The translations under genes and the position numbers were made by a program. A DNA stretch of 64,000 nt from Polyangiales bacterium (lineage in GTDB: Bacteria; Myxococcota_A; Polyangia; Polyangiales; JADJQN01), in the NCBI GenBank assembly GCA_964202905.1, contig CAXNJO010000005.1, positions 128,001-192,000 of the forward strand, written 5' to 3'. Within the stretch, counting starts at the first letter, position 1. The number at the start of each line of letters is the position of its first letter. Below are positions 50,476 through 60,334 of this stretch, one piece after another. The notes below the pieces were generated by a model. That model was not told the origin of the DNA and searched no databases. It saw nothing but the letters and a program-made list of their open reading frames with translations.

Positions 50476-52659
50476 TCACTCGGCCGCGGCCGGGAGCGCC
50501 TTCTTCGAGAAGTCGACGGAGAGCGCGAGCATCTCCGCGACGTCGAGCTGCTTGATCTCTTCTTCCTTGTCCTCGGCCTTGATGCCGTCGGAGATCATCG
50601 TCATGCAGAACGGGCAGCCCGAGGCGAGCGTCTTGGCGCCGGTGTCGAGGAGCTGCAGCGTGCGCTTCTTGTTCACGCGGTGCTCGTTCTGCTCCTCCAT
50701 CCACATCTGCGCGCCGCCCGCGCCGCAACACAGCCCCTTGTTCTTGTTCCAGTAGGGGACCTCGACGAGCTCGACGCCGGGGATGCGCGAGAGGATCGCG
50801 CGCGGGGAGTCGTAGACGTCGTTGTAGCGGCCGAGGTAGCAGCTGTCGTGGTAGACGACGCGCCCCTCGACGCGCTTCTCGGGGACGAGCAGGCCGCGTG
50901 CGACGAGGCCGTTCAGGAAGTCCGTGTGGTGCACGACCTCGTAGCGGCCGCCGAGCTGCGGGTACTCGTTGAGCAGCGTGTTGAAGCAGTGCGGGCACGC
51001 CGTGATGATCGGCTTCTTGTCGATGCCGTAGCCGTTCAGCGTCTCGACGTTGCCCTGCGCGAGCATCTGGAAGAGGTACTCGTTGCCCGCGCGCCGCGCC
51101 GGGTCGCCGGTGCAGTTCTCTTCGCTGGCGAGGATCGCGAACTTCACGCCCGCGTGCTGGAGGAGCTGCGCCGTCGAGCGCGCGACCTTCTTGGCGCGGT
51201 CGTCGTAGCTCGCCGCACAGCCGACCCAGTAGAGGACGTCGAACTCGCCGCCCTCGCCGACCACCGGGATGTCGAGCCCGTCGGCCCAGTCGCCGCGCGA
51301 CATGCGCGAGAGGTTCCAGGGGTTGCCGTTGGTCTCCATCCCGCGGAAGGGCTTCTCCAGCTCGGGCGGGAACTCGTTCTTCGACATGACCTGATCGCGG
51401 CGCATCGACACGATCTTGTCGACGTACGTGATCATCACCGGGCAGTGCTCCTCGCACGCGCGGCACGTCGTGCAGGCCCAGATGACGTCGGGGTGCACGA
51501 TGTTGGGGACGAGCTCGACGTCGGACGAGTCGCGGAAGTAGCCGCCCGCCGGCGCCGGGGGCGTGGTGTGGAGCGAGGGGCGGACGCCGTCGGCGTCGGG
51601 GCCGAGCGCGCGGGTCGCGTTCACCGGCACGTCGCCGGCCCCGATGAGCGCGGCCTCGGCGTCGTTGAGGTGATCGCGGAGCGCGAGCGTGAGGTGCTTC
51701 GGCGAGAGCATCTTGTCCGTGGTGTAGGCGGGGCAGTTGTCGCTGCAGCGCCCGCACTCGGTGCAGGTGTAGAGGTCGAGGTTGTCCTTCCACGAGAGGT
51801 CACGCGCGCTGCGGATGCCGATGGGCTCCTCGCGCTCGATGCGGCCCTCGATGTCGTCGACGGGCGGCAGCGCGCCACGCGGCGTCTGGTTGCGCGTGAA
51901 CACGTTGGGGAGCGACGTGATGATGTGGAAGTGCTTGGAGTACGGGAGCAGGTTGCCGAAGAAGAGCACCATGCCCGAGTGCCACCAGAAGCCCGCGTGC
52001 TCGAGGCCGCGGAGCCACGCGTTGGGGAGGGTATCGAGCGCCATCGCGACGATGGAACCGACGGGCTCCCAGACGTGGAAGGCGGGGCTCCCTCCGGCGA
52101 TGCGTGCCTCGCGGGCGATCGCCGCGCCGACGTAGAGGAAGTCGGAGAGCATCATCGAGATGATGATGCCGAGGATGACGAGGCCCTCGACGCCGAGGGT
52201 CATGCGCTGCGAGCGCGCGACGACGCGGAGATAGACGAACACGAGGGCGCCGAGCACGACGGCGGCGGCGAACAGCTCCTTCAGGAGGCTGTACCCGTCG
52301 CCGAGGAACGTGCCCCGCGCGAAGACGCCGAAGAGGTCGAAGTGCTCGTCGTAGCCGCGACCCCAGAGGAGGATCGTGTTGAGCGTGAGCACCCCGAAGC
52401 CGCCGAAGATCGCGATGTGCGCGAGGCCGGCGGCGCGGTAGCGCCCCTGCGGCATGCGGCGCTGACCGAGCGCGTAGACGGCGACGTCCACGAGGCGGTT
52501 GACCAGCTCCGGCAGGGCCGCGGCCACGCTCGTCGCGCTCGCCAGGGTGAAGCGAGGCTCGGGCGCGCCCGAGAAGAGCTGCGCCCAGCGCCGGTTGGCC
52601 GTCCACGCGAAGAAGCCGGCGGCGGCCACCAGCGCGAGGGTCATCAAGATCGGTTGCAT
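50476..52659 (-). CDS. Membrane-bound heterodisulfide-reductase-like Fe-S oxidoreductase (FadF-like)
   Basis: NarI-like TM region; CTECGRCSDNCP and CTTCRACEEHCP; CCG domains (YWVGC, ENCTG, ACPHC; YHDSC, LCCGAGG, GCPFC). Confidence 0.92.
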   Translation of the reverse strand: MQPILMTLALVAAAGFFAWTANRRWAQLFSGAPEPRFTLASATSVAAALPELVNRLVDVAVYALGQRRMPQGRYRAAGLAHIAIFGGFGVLTLNTILLWGRGYDEHFDLFGVFARGTFLGDGYSLLKELFAAAVVLGALVFVYLRVVARSQRMTLGVEGLVILGIIISMMLSDFLYVGAAIAREARIAGGSPAFHVWEPVGSIVAMALDTLPNAWLRGLEHAGFWWHSGMVLFFGNLLPYSKHFHIITSLPNVFTRNQTPRGALPPVDDIEGRIEREEPIGIRSARDLSWKDNLDLYTCTECGRCSDNCPAYTTDKMLSPKHLTLALRDHLNDAEAALIGAGDVPVNATRALGPDADGVRPSLHTTPPAPAGGYFRDSSDVELVPNIVHPDVIWACTTCRACEEHCPVMITYVDKIVSMRRDQVMSKNEFPPELEKPFRGMETNGNPWNLSRMSRGDWADGLDIPVVGEGGEFDVLYWVGCAASYDDRAKKVARSTAQLLQHAGVKFAILASEENCTGDPARRAGNEYLFQMLAQGNVETLNGYGIDKKPIITACPHCFNTLLNEYPQLGGRYEVVHHTDFLNGLVARGLLVPEKRVEGRVVYHDSCYLGRYNDVYDSPRAILSRIPGVELVEVPYWNKNKGLCCGAGGAQMWMEEQNEHRVNKKRTLQLLDTGAKTLASGCPFCMTMISDGIKAEDKEEEIKQLDVAEMLALSVDFSKKALPAAAE

Positions 52660-52826
52660 GGCGGGCCGATATAGACGCGAATCGGGGCGCTTACCAGAGC
52701 GAATCGCGCACCGCGGCACGCCCGCCGCGCGGCTACGTGGGGAGACGCCGCAGCGCGACGCCACGGGGAACGGCGCGCGCGTGACCGAACATCACGGGCG
52801 CGACTGAACCGCGATTCAGTGCCGGG

Positions 52827-53378
52827 TCACCTCGGGAGCTTGGCGTCGAAGAACGCCTTGAGCTTGATCAGGTTCTTCTCCTCGCGGGAGAAGCTCGGCG
52901 ACTCGTAGGACTTCGCGAAGCCGCGGACGTCCGAGAGGAACTCGCCGCGCACGCCCTCGTTGGCGAGGATGTCGTCCACGGTGCGGCCGCGCGCGGAGCC
53001 TTTCTTCAAGCCGGCCACGTACGCCTCGAGGCGCGCGTAGTCCTTGTCGAGGTAGTCGCGCAGGAGGTCGCAATCGTTGGCGAGCCGGCCGATGGCGCGG
53101 AGCTTGTCGCCTTCGGCCTCGCCGGTGTCCTCGCGCATGGCGAGATCGGCCGCGACGCGGAGCACGAAGGCGTCGTCGAGGTAGCCGATGTCGTCGATGC
53201 CGTCCGGGATGAGGTCGAGCGACTTGAAGAGGTAGTTGAGGCCGCCGGCGATCGCCTGCGCCGCGGGCTGCGCGAGGCCGGGCTCGCCGAGGAGCGCCGC
53301 GAGGTGCTCGGCATCGTCCCCGAGACTGCGGAGCCACGTGGGAAACGTGTCGAGGTACTTGGCCGTCTGGTCGCTCAT
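52827..53378 (-). CDS. DUF1232/YkvA-family protein
   Basis: LNYLFKSLDLIPDGIDDIGYLDDAFVL. Confidence 0.85.
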   Translation of the reverse strand: MSDQTAKYLDTFPTWLRSLGDDAEHLAALLGEPGLAQPAAQAIAGGLNYLFKSLDLIPDGIDDIGYLDDAFVLRVAADLAMREDTGEAEGDKLRAIGRLANDCDLLRDYLDKDYARLEAYVAGLKKGSARGRTVDDILANEGVRGEFLSDVRGFAKSYESPSFSREEKNLIKLKAFFDAKLPR

Positions 53379-53525
53379 CGATCCTCCCGGGGGGCCGAGT
53401 GGCCCTGTGTTCACGCAGGGCGCGGAGGGTAGCCGATCGCGCGCGCCGGGTTCAAGCGCGGGGCGCCGATCCGCGCAGAGGACGTTTGGATTCGCGGACG
53501 GGCGCGGCTATCCTCCGGCCCCGAC

Positions 53526-54698
53526 ATGTCACGGCTCGCCGCACTCGCCTGCTCCCTCGTCTGCGCGCTCGCACTCCCCACCGTCCGCGCGGCCGCGCAG
53601 CAAGCCGGCGGGGCGACGGGGACCGCCGTGTCCCCGCCTCCTGCGGCGCCCGCACAGGCTGCGCCCGGACAGGGCGCGCCGAGCGCGGGCACATCCGCTG
53701 CGAGCGCCCCGGGCGCGACGGCGACGACGGCCGCTGCGCCCGCGGCTGCGCCGCCCCCCACCACGATGGCGGCGCCGCCCTCGACGCAGGCCACCGCGCA
53801 GGCCGCGACGCAAATCACCGCCGCGCCGCGCCTCGTGCTCCCGGTGGTCGTGATCGGCATCCCCGATCGCGCGGTGCAGCCCGCGACCCTCGCGGCGATC
53901 CGCGACGCGGTCGTAGCCGGCCTCGCGCCCGCCGCGGGGGGACGCCCCGTCGTCGCGCTGCCGGACGAGGCGCGCATCGCGGCCGTCGCGGCATGCAGGG
54001 ACGCGGCGTGCCTCGGCGCGCGGCTGAACGAGCTTCAGGCCATGGCGGGCGTGTTCGTGCGGGCGACGCGGCGCAACCGCACGGCGCCCATCGACGTGCG
54101 CGTCGAGGTGCTCGATCCCGTGAGCGGGGCGGCCCGGCTCGCGACGCCGGTGAGCATCGCGCTGCCCGCGGCCGCCGAATCCGCGCCCGCGGCCGCGCTC
54201 GCCGTGGTTCTCGCGCAGCTCGTGTCGGCGCTGCCCTGGCCCCCGCCGCCCCCGCCATCGCTGCTCGTCGTGACGAACGTCGACGACGCCGTCGTGACCC
54301 TCGACGGGAACGAGCTCGGGCGCGCGCCCCTCGCGGCCGTCGAGGTCGCGCCGGGACGCCACAACGTCGTCGTCACCGCGCGCGGCTGGCAGAGCGGCAA
54401 CCGCATGGTGCAGGTCGGCGAGACGGGGCTGACCCGCGCCGACTTCGACCTCGAGCCCGAGGGCGCGACGCGCGCGGCGCTCGAGTCGGGCCACGCCTGG
54501 TCGGGCGGCAGCGGCGGCACGGGCCCCGCGGAGCCGGGCGGCGAGGAGACGCCGCTCTACGCGCGCTGGTACGTGATCGGCGGCGCCGCGGCCGTGGTCG
54601 TCGCGACGGTCGTCCTCATCGCCGTCGCCGCGAGTTCCGGCGACCCCGAGATCGGCCCACCCGCGGGCATCCCGGTCCCCCCCATCCAGCCCCGCTGA
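53526..54698 (+). CDS. PEGA-domain exported protein with C-terminal hydrophobic segment
   Basis: Signal peptide; LLVVTNVDDAVVTLDGNELGRAPL..VAPGRHNVVVTARGW; PLYARWYVIGGAAAVVVATVVLIAV. Confidence 0.85.
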   Translation: MSRLAALACSLVCALALPTVRAAAQQAGGATGTAVSPPPAAPAQAAPGQGAPSAGTSAASAPGATATTAAAPAAAPPPTTMAAPPSTQATAQAATQITAAPRLVLPVVVIGIPDRAVQPATLAAIRDAVVAGLAPAAGGRPVVALPDEARIAAVAACRDAACLGARLNELQAMAGVFVRATRRNRTAPIDVRVEVLDPVSGAARLATPVSIALPAAAESAPAAALAVVLAQLVSALPWPPPPPPSLLVVTNVDDAVVTLDGNELGRAPLAAVEVAPGRHNVVVTARGWQSGNRMVQVGETGLTRADFDLEPEGATRAALESGHAWSGGSGGTGPAEPGGEETPLYARWYVIGGAAAVVVATVVLIAVAASSGDPEIGPPAGIPVPPIQPR

Positions 54699-54707
54699 GC
54701 GAACCCG

Positions 54708-55301
54708 ATGCGACACCTCTTCCCCCGCCTCCTCCCCCTGCTCGCCGCGCTCGCAGCGCTCACCGGCTGCGGCGGCGACGTCGTCCCGGCCCCCTCGTTC
54801 ACGCTGCGCGTCCGCTCGATCGGCACGACCACGGCGCCCGCCGTGCTGCTCGACTCGGTTGGCCAGCTCGAGGTCATGATCCGCGCACAGTCCCCCTCAC
54901 GCTTCGTGGAGCTCCCGCCGCAGTGCTCGTTCGACGACTGCGGCGGCATCCAGTGCTGCAAGTACGAGGGCGGCGCGGTCTCGACCTTCATCAGCGCCGC
55001 GGGCGAGTACGTCATCCGCTTCGACGGCGCGTGGGTGCGCGCGCGCGCCGAGGTCACGCCCACCGGCTTCATCGTCCCCGTGCCGATCTTCGCGACCAGC
55101 GACATGGACAGCCCCGGCGCGCTCGACCCCGTCGCGTTCGGCACGGTCATCCGCGGCGCGGATCGCATCGCGAGCGGCGCGATCACGCTGATGTGGCCGC
55201 TGCGCGGCGGCAACACGCAGGACCTGCCCGTCATGTGCTCGCCCGGCTTCGAGGCGCAGTGCATGAACGTCGACGCCGCGCCGCTCGACGGCGGCCCCTG
55301 A
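54708..55301 (+). CDS. Hypothetical lipoprotein
   Basis: Lipobox ALTGC; starts 9 bp after the PEGA gene; several Cys. Confidence 0.75.
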   Translation: MRHLFPRLLPLLAALAALTGCGGDVVPAPSFTLRVRSIGTTTAPAVLLDSVGQLEVMIRAQSPSRFVELPPQCSFDDCGGIQCCKYEGGAVSTFISAAGEYVIRFDGAWVRARAEVTPTGFIVPVPIFATSDMDSPGALDPVAFGTVIRGADRIASGAITLMWPLRGGNTQDLPVMCSPGFEAQCMNVDAAPLDGGP

Positions 55302-55303
55302 CG

Positions 55304-56431
55304 ATGGGCGCGCGCGCGGGGGCACGGCCCGGCGCCGTGGCGCTCCTCGCGCTGCTCACCGCGTGCGGTGCCGCGCGCCCCGAGACGCCCGTGGCGCGTC
55401 GCCTCGGCGGAGAGCGCACGCTGGGCGTGTTCGTCTCCCCGAGCGCGTACGAGTGGTTCATCCGTGGGGAGCTCGCCGCGAACGCGGCGCGCTGGCAGGA
55501 AGCGGCGGCCGCGTATCGCCTCGCGCTCGCCTCCGCCGACGAGGATCCGCTCGTCTTCGCGCGTCTCGCCCTCGCCCTCGAGCGGGCGAGGCAGCCGGCC
55601 GAGGCCGACGCCGCGATCGCGCGCGCGCTGGCGATCGACCCCGACTCGGAAGCGGCGTACCTCGCGCGGGGCGAGGTGGCCGAGCGCCGTGGGGATCTGC
55701 GCGGGGCGGTCGCGGCCTTCGAGCGCGCGCGCACCGTCGCGCCGGGAAGCGAGGCGGGGCCGCTGCGCCTCGCGGAGATCCTGCGGCGGATCGGCGCGAC
55801 GAAGCGGGCCGACGCCGTGCTCGATCGGCTGGCGCGGGAGGGCGGCCCCGCGAGCGCCACGGCGGCGCGCGCGCGCCTCGCAGCGGCCCTCGCCGGCGAC
55901 GACGCCGAGGCTGCGGGCGAGGCGGCGCTGGCCCTGCTAGAGGTCGCGCCCGTGCGACGCAGCGACGTGCGGGACGCCGCAGCGCGCGCGCTCGAGGCGG
56001 GGCGCATCCCCCTCGCGGCCCGGCTCGTGGCGGCGCTGCCGACCCACGACGCCGACCTCGCGCTGCGTGTGCGCGTCGCCCTCGCGCGCGGCGCGCGCGA
56101 CGACGCGGAGGGCCTGCTCGCGACGGCGACGCCCGACGCGCTCGGTGGCGCCGTCGCGACCGCGCGCCTGTGGCTCGCGACCGGACGCGCGGACCGCGCG
56201 TACGAGCTCGCGCGCGAGGCCGTCGCGCTCGAGCCCGGACCCGAATCCGAGTGCGTCGTGGGAGACGCAGCGCTCGCCGCGGGGCTCTACGACGAGGCCG
56301 CCACCGCCTACGCCCGCGTGCCACGCGGCGCGAGCGGCCACCCCGCCGCGCTGCGCGGGCTCGCCGATGCGCTCACGCGCGCGTCGCTTCCGGCGCTCGC
56401 GGCCGATGTGCGCGCGCACGCCCCGCGCTGA
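55304..56431 (+). CDS. TPR-repeat lipoprotein
   Basis: Lipobox LLTAC; AYEWFIRGELA..AAAYRLAL, ARALAIDPDSEAAYLARGEVA..AFERA (C-terminal part of ORF 53399..56431). Confidence 0.8.
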   Translation: MGARAGARPGAVALLALLTACGAARPETPVARRLGGERTLGVFVSPSAYEWFIRGELAANAARWQEAAAAYRLALASADEDPLVFARLALALERARQPAEADAAIARALAIDPDSEAAYLARGEVAERRGDLRGAVAAFERARTVAPGSEAGPLRLAEILRRIGATKRADAVLDRLAREGGPASATAARARLAAALAGDDAEAAGEAALALLEVAPVRRSDVRDAAARALEAGRIPLAARLVAALPTHDADLALRVRVALARGARDDAEGLLATATPDALGGAVATARLWLATGRADRAYELAREAVALEPGPESECVVGDAALAAGLYDEAATAYARVPRGASGHPAALRGLADALTRASLPALAADVRAHAPR

Positions 56432-56670
56432 TCGCGCGCGGCAGCTGCCGCACAGGCCGGTCCCGCCCTGGCCCGTGCATGGCTCGGCGAACGCGGCACG
56501 CCCGCGCAGGCCCGACACGCCCGCCCATCGCGTGCCCGCCGTGCTCGTCGGCCGTGGAGCGGCGGCGTGCGGCTCACCTCCCGACGCGGCTCCAAAAGAC
56601 CGTCACCGGCGCGTGGGCGACGGACTTCGTGGGCCCGTGTTCGGATCGCCGCCGCGGTCTGGCGCAAGGG

Positions 56671-56757
56671 GTGCCGCCGTCGTGCCGTGCCGCCGTCGTG
56701 CCGTGCCGCCGTCGCGCGGTGAGGCCGTCGCACAATAAAACTGTCGCGCGGTGAGGC
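56671..56757. repeat. Short tandem repeat (16 bp x ~2.7) plus a 15-bp direct repeat
   Basis: gtgccgccgtcgtgcc at 56671, 56687 and 56703 (partial); gtcgcgcggtgaggc at 56711 and 56743. Confidence 0.7.
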
Positions 56758-56897
56758 TGGCGCGCGGCGTCTCGATCGCGGCAGCCCGTGCGCGTGTCGA
56801 CGGGCCACGCACGCTTCGCGTCGTCATGTCGTCTCGCGGAGAAGCAGTGTCCGCGTCACGCCGCGCTGTGTGGCCAGCGCCCCGAGAGGTCGTGTTG

Positions 56898-57056
56898 AAC
56901 GACACGGCGCTTCAACCGCACAGACCTTCATCGACACGGCGCCTCAACCACACAGCGCGCACACCAACCGTGCATCGCCAACACTGCGCTTGATCGCCTC
57001 AACGACACTGCGCTTGCTCGCTTAAACGACACTGCGCTTAAACGACACAGTGCCCC
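56898..57056. repeat. Six degenerate copies of AACGACAC(T/G)GCGCTT downstream of the tRNA
   Basis: Copies near 56898, 56931, 56980, 57001, 57025 and 57041, irregularly spaced. Confidence 0.75.
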
Positions 57057-57078
57057 GTGGGATGGGGCACTGTGTCGT
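57042..57078 (-). terminator. Perfect 15-bp stem hairpin 3' of tRNA-Pro
   Basis: acgacacagtgcccc-gtgggat-ggggcactgtgtcgt. Confidence 0.7.
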
Positions 57079-57092
57079 CGACCGTCGGTGTT

Positions 57093-57169
<77 letters not shown>

Positions 57170-57209
57170 AGTTGAACAGGCGCCGACAATAGCTGAGGAC
57201 GCGCGTTCG

Positions 57210-58595
57210 TCAAGCGCGCGCCGCGGGAATTCGCTGCCAGGCGTGCACCTGATAGGCGTCCGGTCCGTGCCCACCCGCGTCGTCCCACGGCCCGATCCGG
57301 AGGAGTCCGTCCGCATCCGGCGCGACCGTCGAGAGCGCCAGCGCCTCGGGATGCGGGCGCATCCACGGGAGGGCGGCGCCCACCTCCGCGACCACCCCGG
57401 CGCCCTCCTCCGCGGTGGGCGAACAGACGGCGTACACGAGCGTGCCCCCGGGCCGCACCAGCCTCGCCGCGTTCGCGAGGATGCGCGTCTGCAACACCGC
57501 GAGGCGCGCGGGGTCGTCGGGACCGACGCGCAGCAGGATCTCCGGGCGGCGGTGCACCGTGCCGAGGCCGGTGCACGGCGCGTCGACGACGACGCGATCG
57601 AAACGCCCCTCGAGCCCCGCGGTGCCCACCGTCAGGTCGACCGCCACGGTGTCGAGCGCGTCGGTCGCGAGCCGCAGCCGCGCGCACTCGGCGCCGATGC
57701 GCTCGAGCTTCCCTTCGTAGAGATCGAGCGCCGTCACCGCCCCCGCCGCGCCGACCGCGCGCAGGAAGAACGTCGTCTTGCCGCCGTGCCCCGCGCAAGC
57801 GTCGGCGACACGCTCGGCCACGCGGGCCCCCGCCGCGAGCGCGACCGCCTGCGCGCCCTCCTCCTGCACGCTGAACCGGCCCTCCGCGTAGCCGGGCAGC
57901 CGCCGCGGATCACCGGCCCCGCGCACGAGCAGCGCGCGCGGCGACACGGCGCCCGGCCGCACGTCGATCCCGGGGCGCGCCGCGATGAGCACCTCAGCGA
58001 GCGCGTCGCGCGCGCCCGCCGCGTCCCCTTCGACGCGGAGCACGATGGGCGGCGGCAGCGCGCGCGCCGCGAGGAAGGCCAAAGCGCGCGCCTCGCCGAG
58101 CGCGGCGGAGAGCGCCTGGCCGAGCCATGTCGGCACGACGAGCGCGGTCGGTGGGTGCGGCTCCGCGGGGCGGTTCGCCGCGACCTTGCGGAGCACCGCG
58201 TTGACGACGCCCGCGAGCGTCCGCCCGCGCTCGCGCACGACGAGCCCCACGGCCGCGTCGACCACGGCGTGCGGCGGCACGCGCCCGAGGTGCAGCAGCT
58301 GGTACGCGGCCGCGCGCAGCGCCGCCCGCAACATCGGGTCGAGCGTGTCAGCGCCGCGCCGCAGGTGAACGCCGTACGCGGCGTCGAGCGTCGGCAGGAC
58401 GCGCAGCGCGCCGTACACGATCTCCGTGGCGAGCGCGGCGTCGCGCGGATCGAGGCGCGCGCGGCCGAGCTCCGCGTCGAGGACGCGCGACGCGTACGCG
58501 CCGTCCTCGGCGACACGGAAGAGCACGAAGGTGGCGAGCTCGCGCGCGTCGGGCGCGCGGGGCGGACGCGGCGGGCGACGTGGCTCAGCGGGCAT
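57210..58595 (-). CDS. rsmB: 16S rRNA m5C967 methyltransferase RsmB/Sun (NusB-like N-domain)
   Basis: DAALATEIVYGALR, GVVNAVLRK, VQEEGAQ, DACAGHGGKT, VDAPCTGLG, LVYAVCS. Confidence 0.92.
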   Translation of the reverse strand: MPAEPRRPPRPPRAPDARELATFVLFRVAEDGAYASRVLDAELGRARLDPRDAALATEIVYGALRVLPTLDAAYGVHLRRGADTLDPMLRAALRAAAYQLLHLGRVPPHAVVDAAVGLVVRERGRTLAGVVNAVLRKVAANRPAEPHPPTALVVPTWLGQALSAALGEARALAFLAARALPPPIVLRVEGDAAGARDALAEVLIAARPGIDVRPGAVSPRALLVRGAGDPRRLPGYAEGRFSVQEEGAQAVALAAGARVAERVADACAGHGGKTTFFLRAVGAAGAVTALDLYEGKLERIGAECARLRLATDALDTVAVDLTVGTAGLEGRFDRVVVDAPCTGLGTVHRRPEILLRVGPDDPARLAVLQTRILANAARLVRPGGTLVYAVCSPTAEEGAGVVAEVGAALPWMRPHPEALALSTVAPDADGLLRIGPWDDAGGHGPDAYQVHAWQRIPAARA

Positions 58596-60258
58596 CGCGA
58601 CCCACCGCCTCGACGATGCTCGGCCACTGCCGCTGCAGATCGTTCGCGAAGGCGAACACCATGAGGAGGAGGAGTACGGAGAGCCCGGCGACCGACGCGT
58701 ACTCGCGCAGGCGACGCGGCACGGGCCGCCGCGTCACGGTTTCGAAGAGGAAGAACACGAGGTGACCGCCGTCGAGCAGGGGGATGGGAAGGAGATTGAT
58801 GAGCCCGAGGTTGATGCTGATGAAGGCCATCAGCTTGAGGTAGTCGAGCGTCCCGGCCCGCGCGGCCTCGCCCGCGTAGGAGAAGATCTGCAGCGGCCCG
58901 CCGAGCGAGCGCGCGCTCAGCTTGCCCTGCAGCAGCCGGACGACCGAGTACACCGTCAGTTCGACGACGTCCGCGGTGTTCGCGACCGCCTCGCGCGCGG
59001 CGTAAAGCACGCGGTGCGGGTTCGGCACGGGCGGATCCGCGCGTGCGGGCACCCAGTGCCGCATCGAGACCGCATAGCGGTCGTAGCGCTGCCCGTACTC
59101 CGTCGTGCCCCGCTCGTGCTCGAGCGCGTAGCGCGCGCTCAGCGTGCGGCCCGCGCGGCGCCAGACGAGCGTGTGCGTGCGCCCGCCCCCGGCGCGTAGA
59201 TCCTCGAGAAACGTGGCCCACACGCGGATCGCGCGGCCGTCGAGCGACACGAGCCGATCGCCGGGCCGCAGCCCGATGCGGTGCTCCGGCGAGCCGGCCT
59301 GCACCTCGCTCACGTAGAGCTCCGCGCTCTCGAGGCCGGCGCGCGCGAGGCCGCTCGCATCCCCAGGCTCGGGCGTGACGGTCGCGACGTGCGGCTCGTA
59401 CACGTCGAGATCGACGAGCCCGCCGAGCGCGCTCCCGAGACGCTGCGGGCGCAGGTACGTGAGCGGAATCAACTCGCCGCGGTTCTGCGCGAGCGCGGCG
59501 TCGAGGTCGATGAACCGGCGGATCGGGCGGCCGCGCGCCGCGACGATGACGTCGAAGGTCTGCAGCCGCGCCGCCCCCGCGGGGCTCGCCGGGCTCGCGA
59601 CGCCGACGACGGCCTCGGGGTGCACGGGCATCACGCCGATGAGCCCGGTGCGCTCGACGAGATCGAGCGGCGCCTTCACACGCGTCACGAGCGCAGGCGT
59701 GATCGTCGTCTGGACCTCGCGCCCGCCGCGCTCGACGACGAAGTCGAGCGGGTCCCCCGCGTGATCTTCGACGATGTCGACGAGGTCGTCGAAGGTCTGG
59801 ATCTCGTCGCCGTCGATCGTGCGCACGCGATCGCCGGGGCGGAGCCTGCCGTCCGCGGGGCGATCGGGGAACACGATCCCGATGACCGGGGGCGGGAGCT
59901 CGCGGTCGCCGAGCGCGACGACGAAGTAGAGGACGATCGGGAACGTGAGGTTCATCAGCGGTCCGGCGACCACGATGACGAACCGCTTCCAGATGGCCTT
60001 CTCCGCGAAGGAGCGCGGCGCGTCCGCGGCGCTCACGACGTCCTGCGGGCCCTCGCCGAGCATGCGCACGTAGCCGCCGAGCGGGAGCGCCGCGAGGACA
60101 TATTCTGTCCCACCACGCTGAAAGCCCGCGATGCGCGGCCCGAAGCCGAGGGAGAAGCGCAGGACCTGCACGCCGAAGAACTTCGCCCACACGAAGTGCC
60201 CGAGCTCGTGCACGAAGACCAGCACGCCGACGAGCACGATGAAGTAGACGACGTCCAT
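58585..60258 (-). CDS. rseP: RIP metalloprotease RseP (multi-PDZ)
   Basis: VFVHELGHF, FSLGFGP, PLGGYVRM, AGPLMN, PDZ repeats, NLLPIPLLDGGH. Confidence 0.95.
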   Translation of the reverse strand: MDVVYFIVLVGVLVFVHELGHFVWAKFFGVQVLRFSLGFGPRIAGFQRGGTEYVLAALPLGGYVRMLGEGPQDVVSAADAPRSFAEKAIWKRFVIVVAGPLMNLTFPIVLYFVVALGDRELPPPVIGIVFPDRPADGRLRPGDRVRTIDGDEIQTFDDLVDIVEDHAGDPLDFVVERGGREVQTTITPALVTRVKAPLDLVERTGLIGVMPVHPEAVVGVASPASPAGAARLQTFDVIVAARGRPIRRFIDLDAALAQNRGELIPLTYLRPQRLGSALGGLVDLDVYEPHVATVTPEPGDASGLARAGLESAELYVSEVQAGSPEHRIGLRPGDRLVSLDGRAIRVWATFLEDLRAGGGRTHTLVWRRAGRTLSARYALEHERGTTEYGQRYDRYAVSMRHWVPARADPPVPNPHRVLYAAREAVANTADVVELTVYSVVRLLQGKLSARSLGGPLQIFSYAGEAARAGTLDYLKLMAFISINLGLINLLPIPLLDGGHLVFFLFETVTRRPVPRRLREYASVAGLSVLLLLMVFAFANDLQRQWPSIVEAVGRDAR

Positions 60259-60334
60259 CGGTGGCCCGGGCGCGACCCTAGCAGCCGCCCGCGGGCGGAG
60301 GTAGCGCGCCGCGCCGTGGTAGCGTCGGAGCGCG

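Noticed and set aside
56898..57056. Possible CRISPR array
   Set aside because: Repeats are ~15 bp, degenerate and irregularly spaced with very short gaps; no cas genes in the window.
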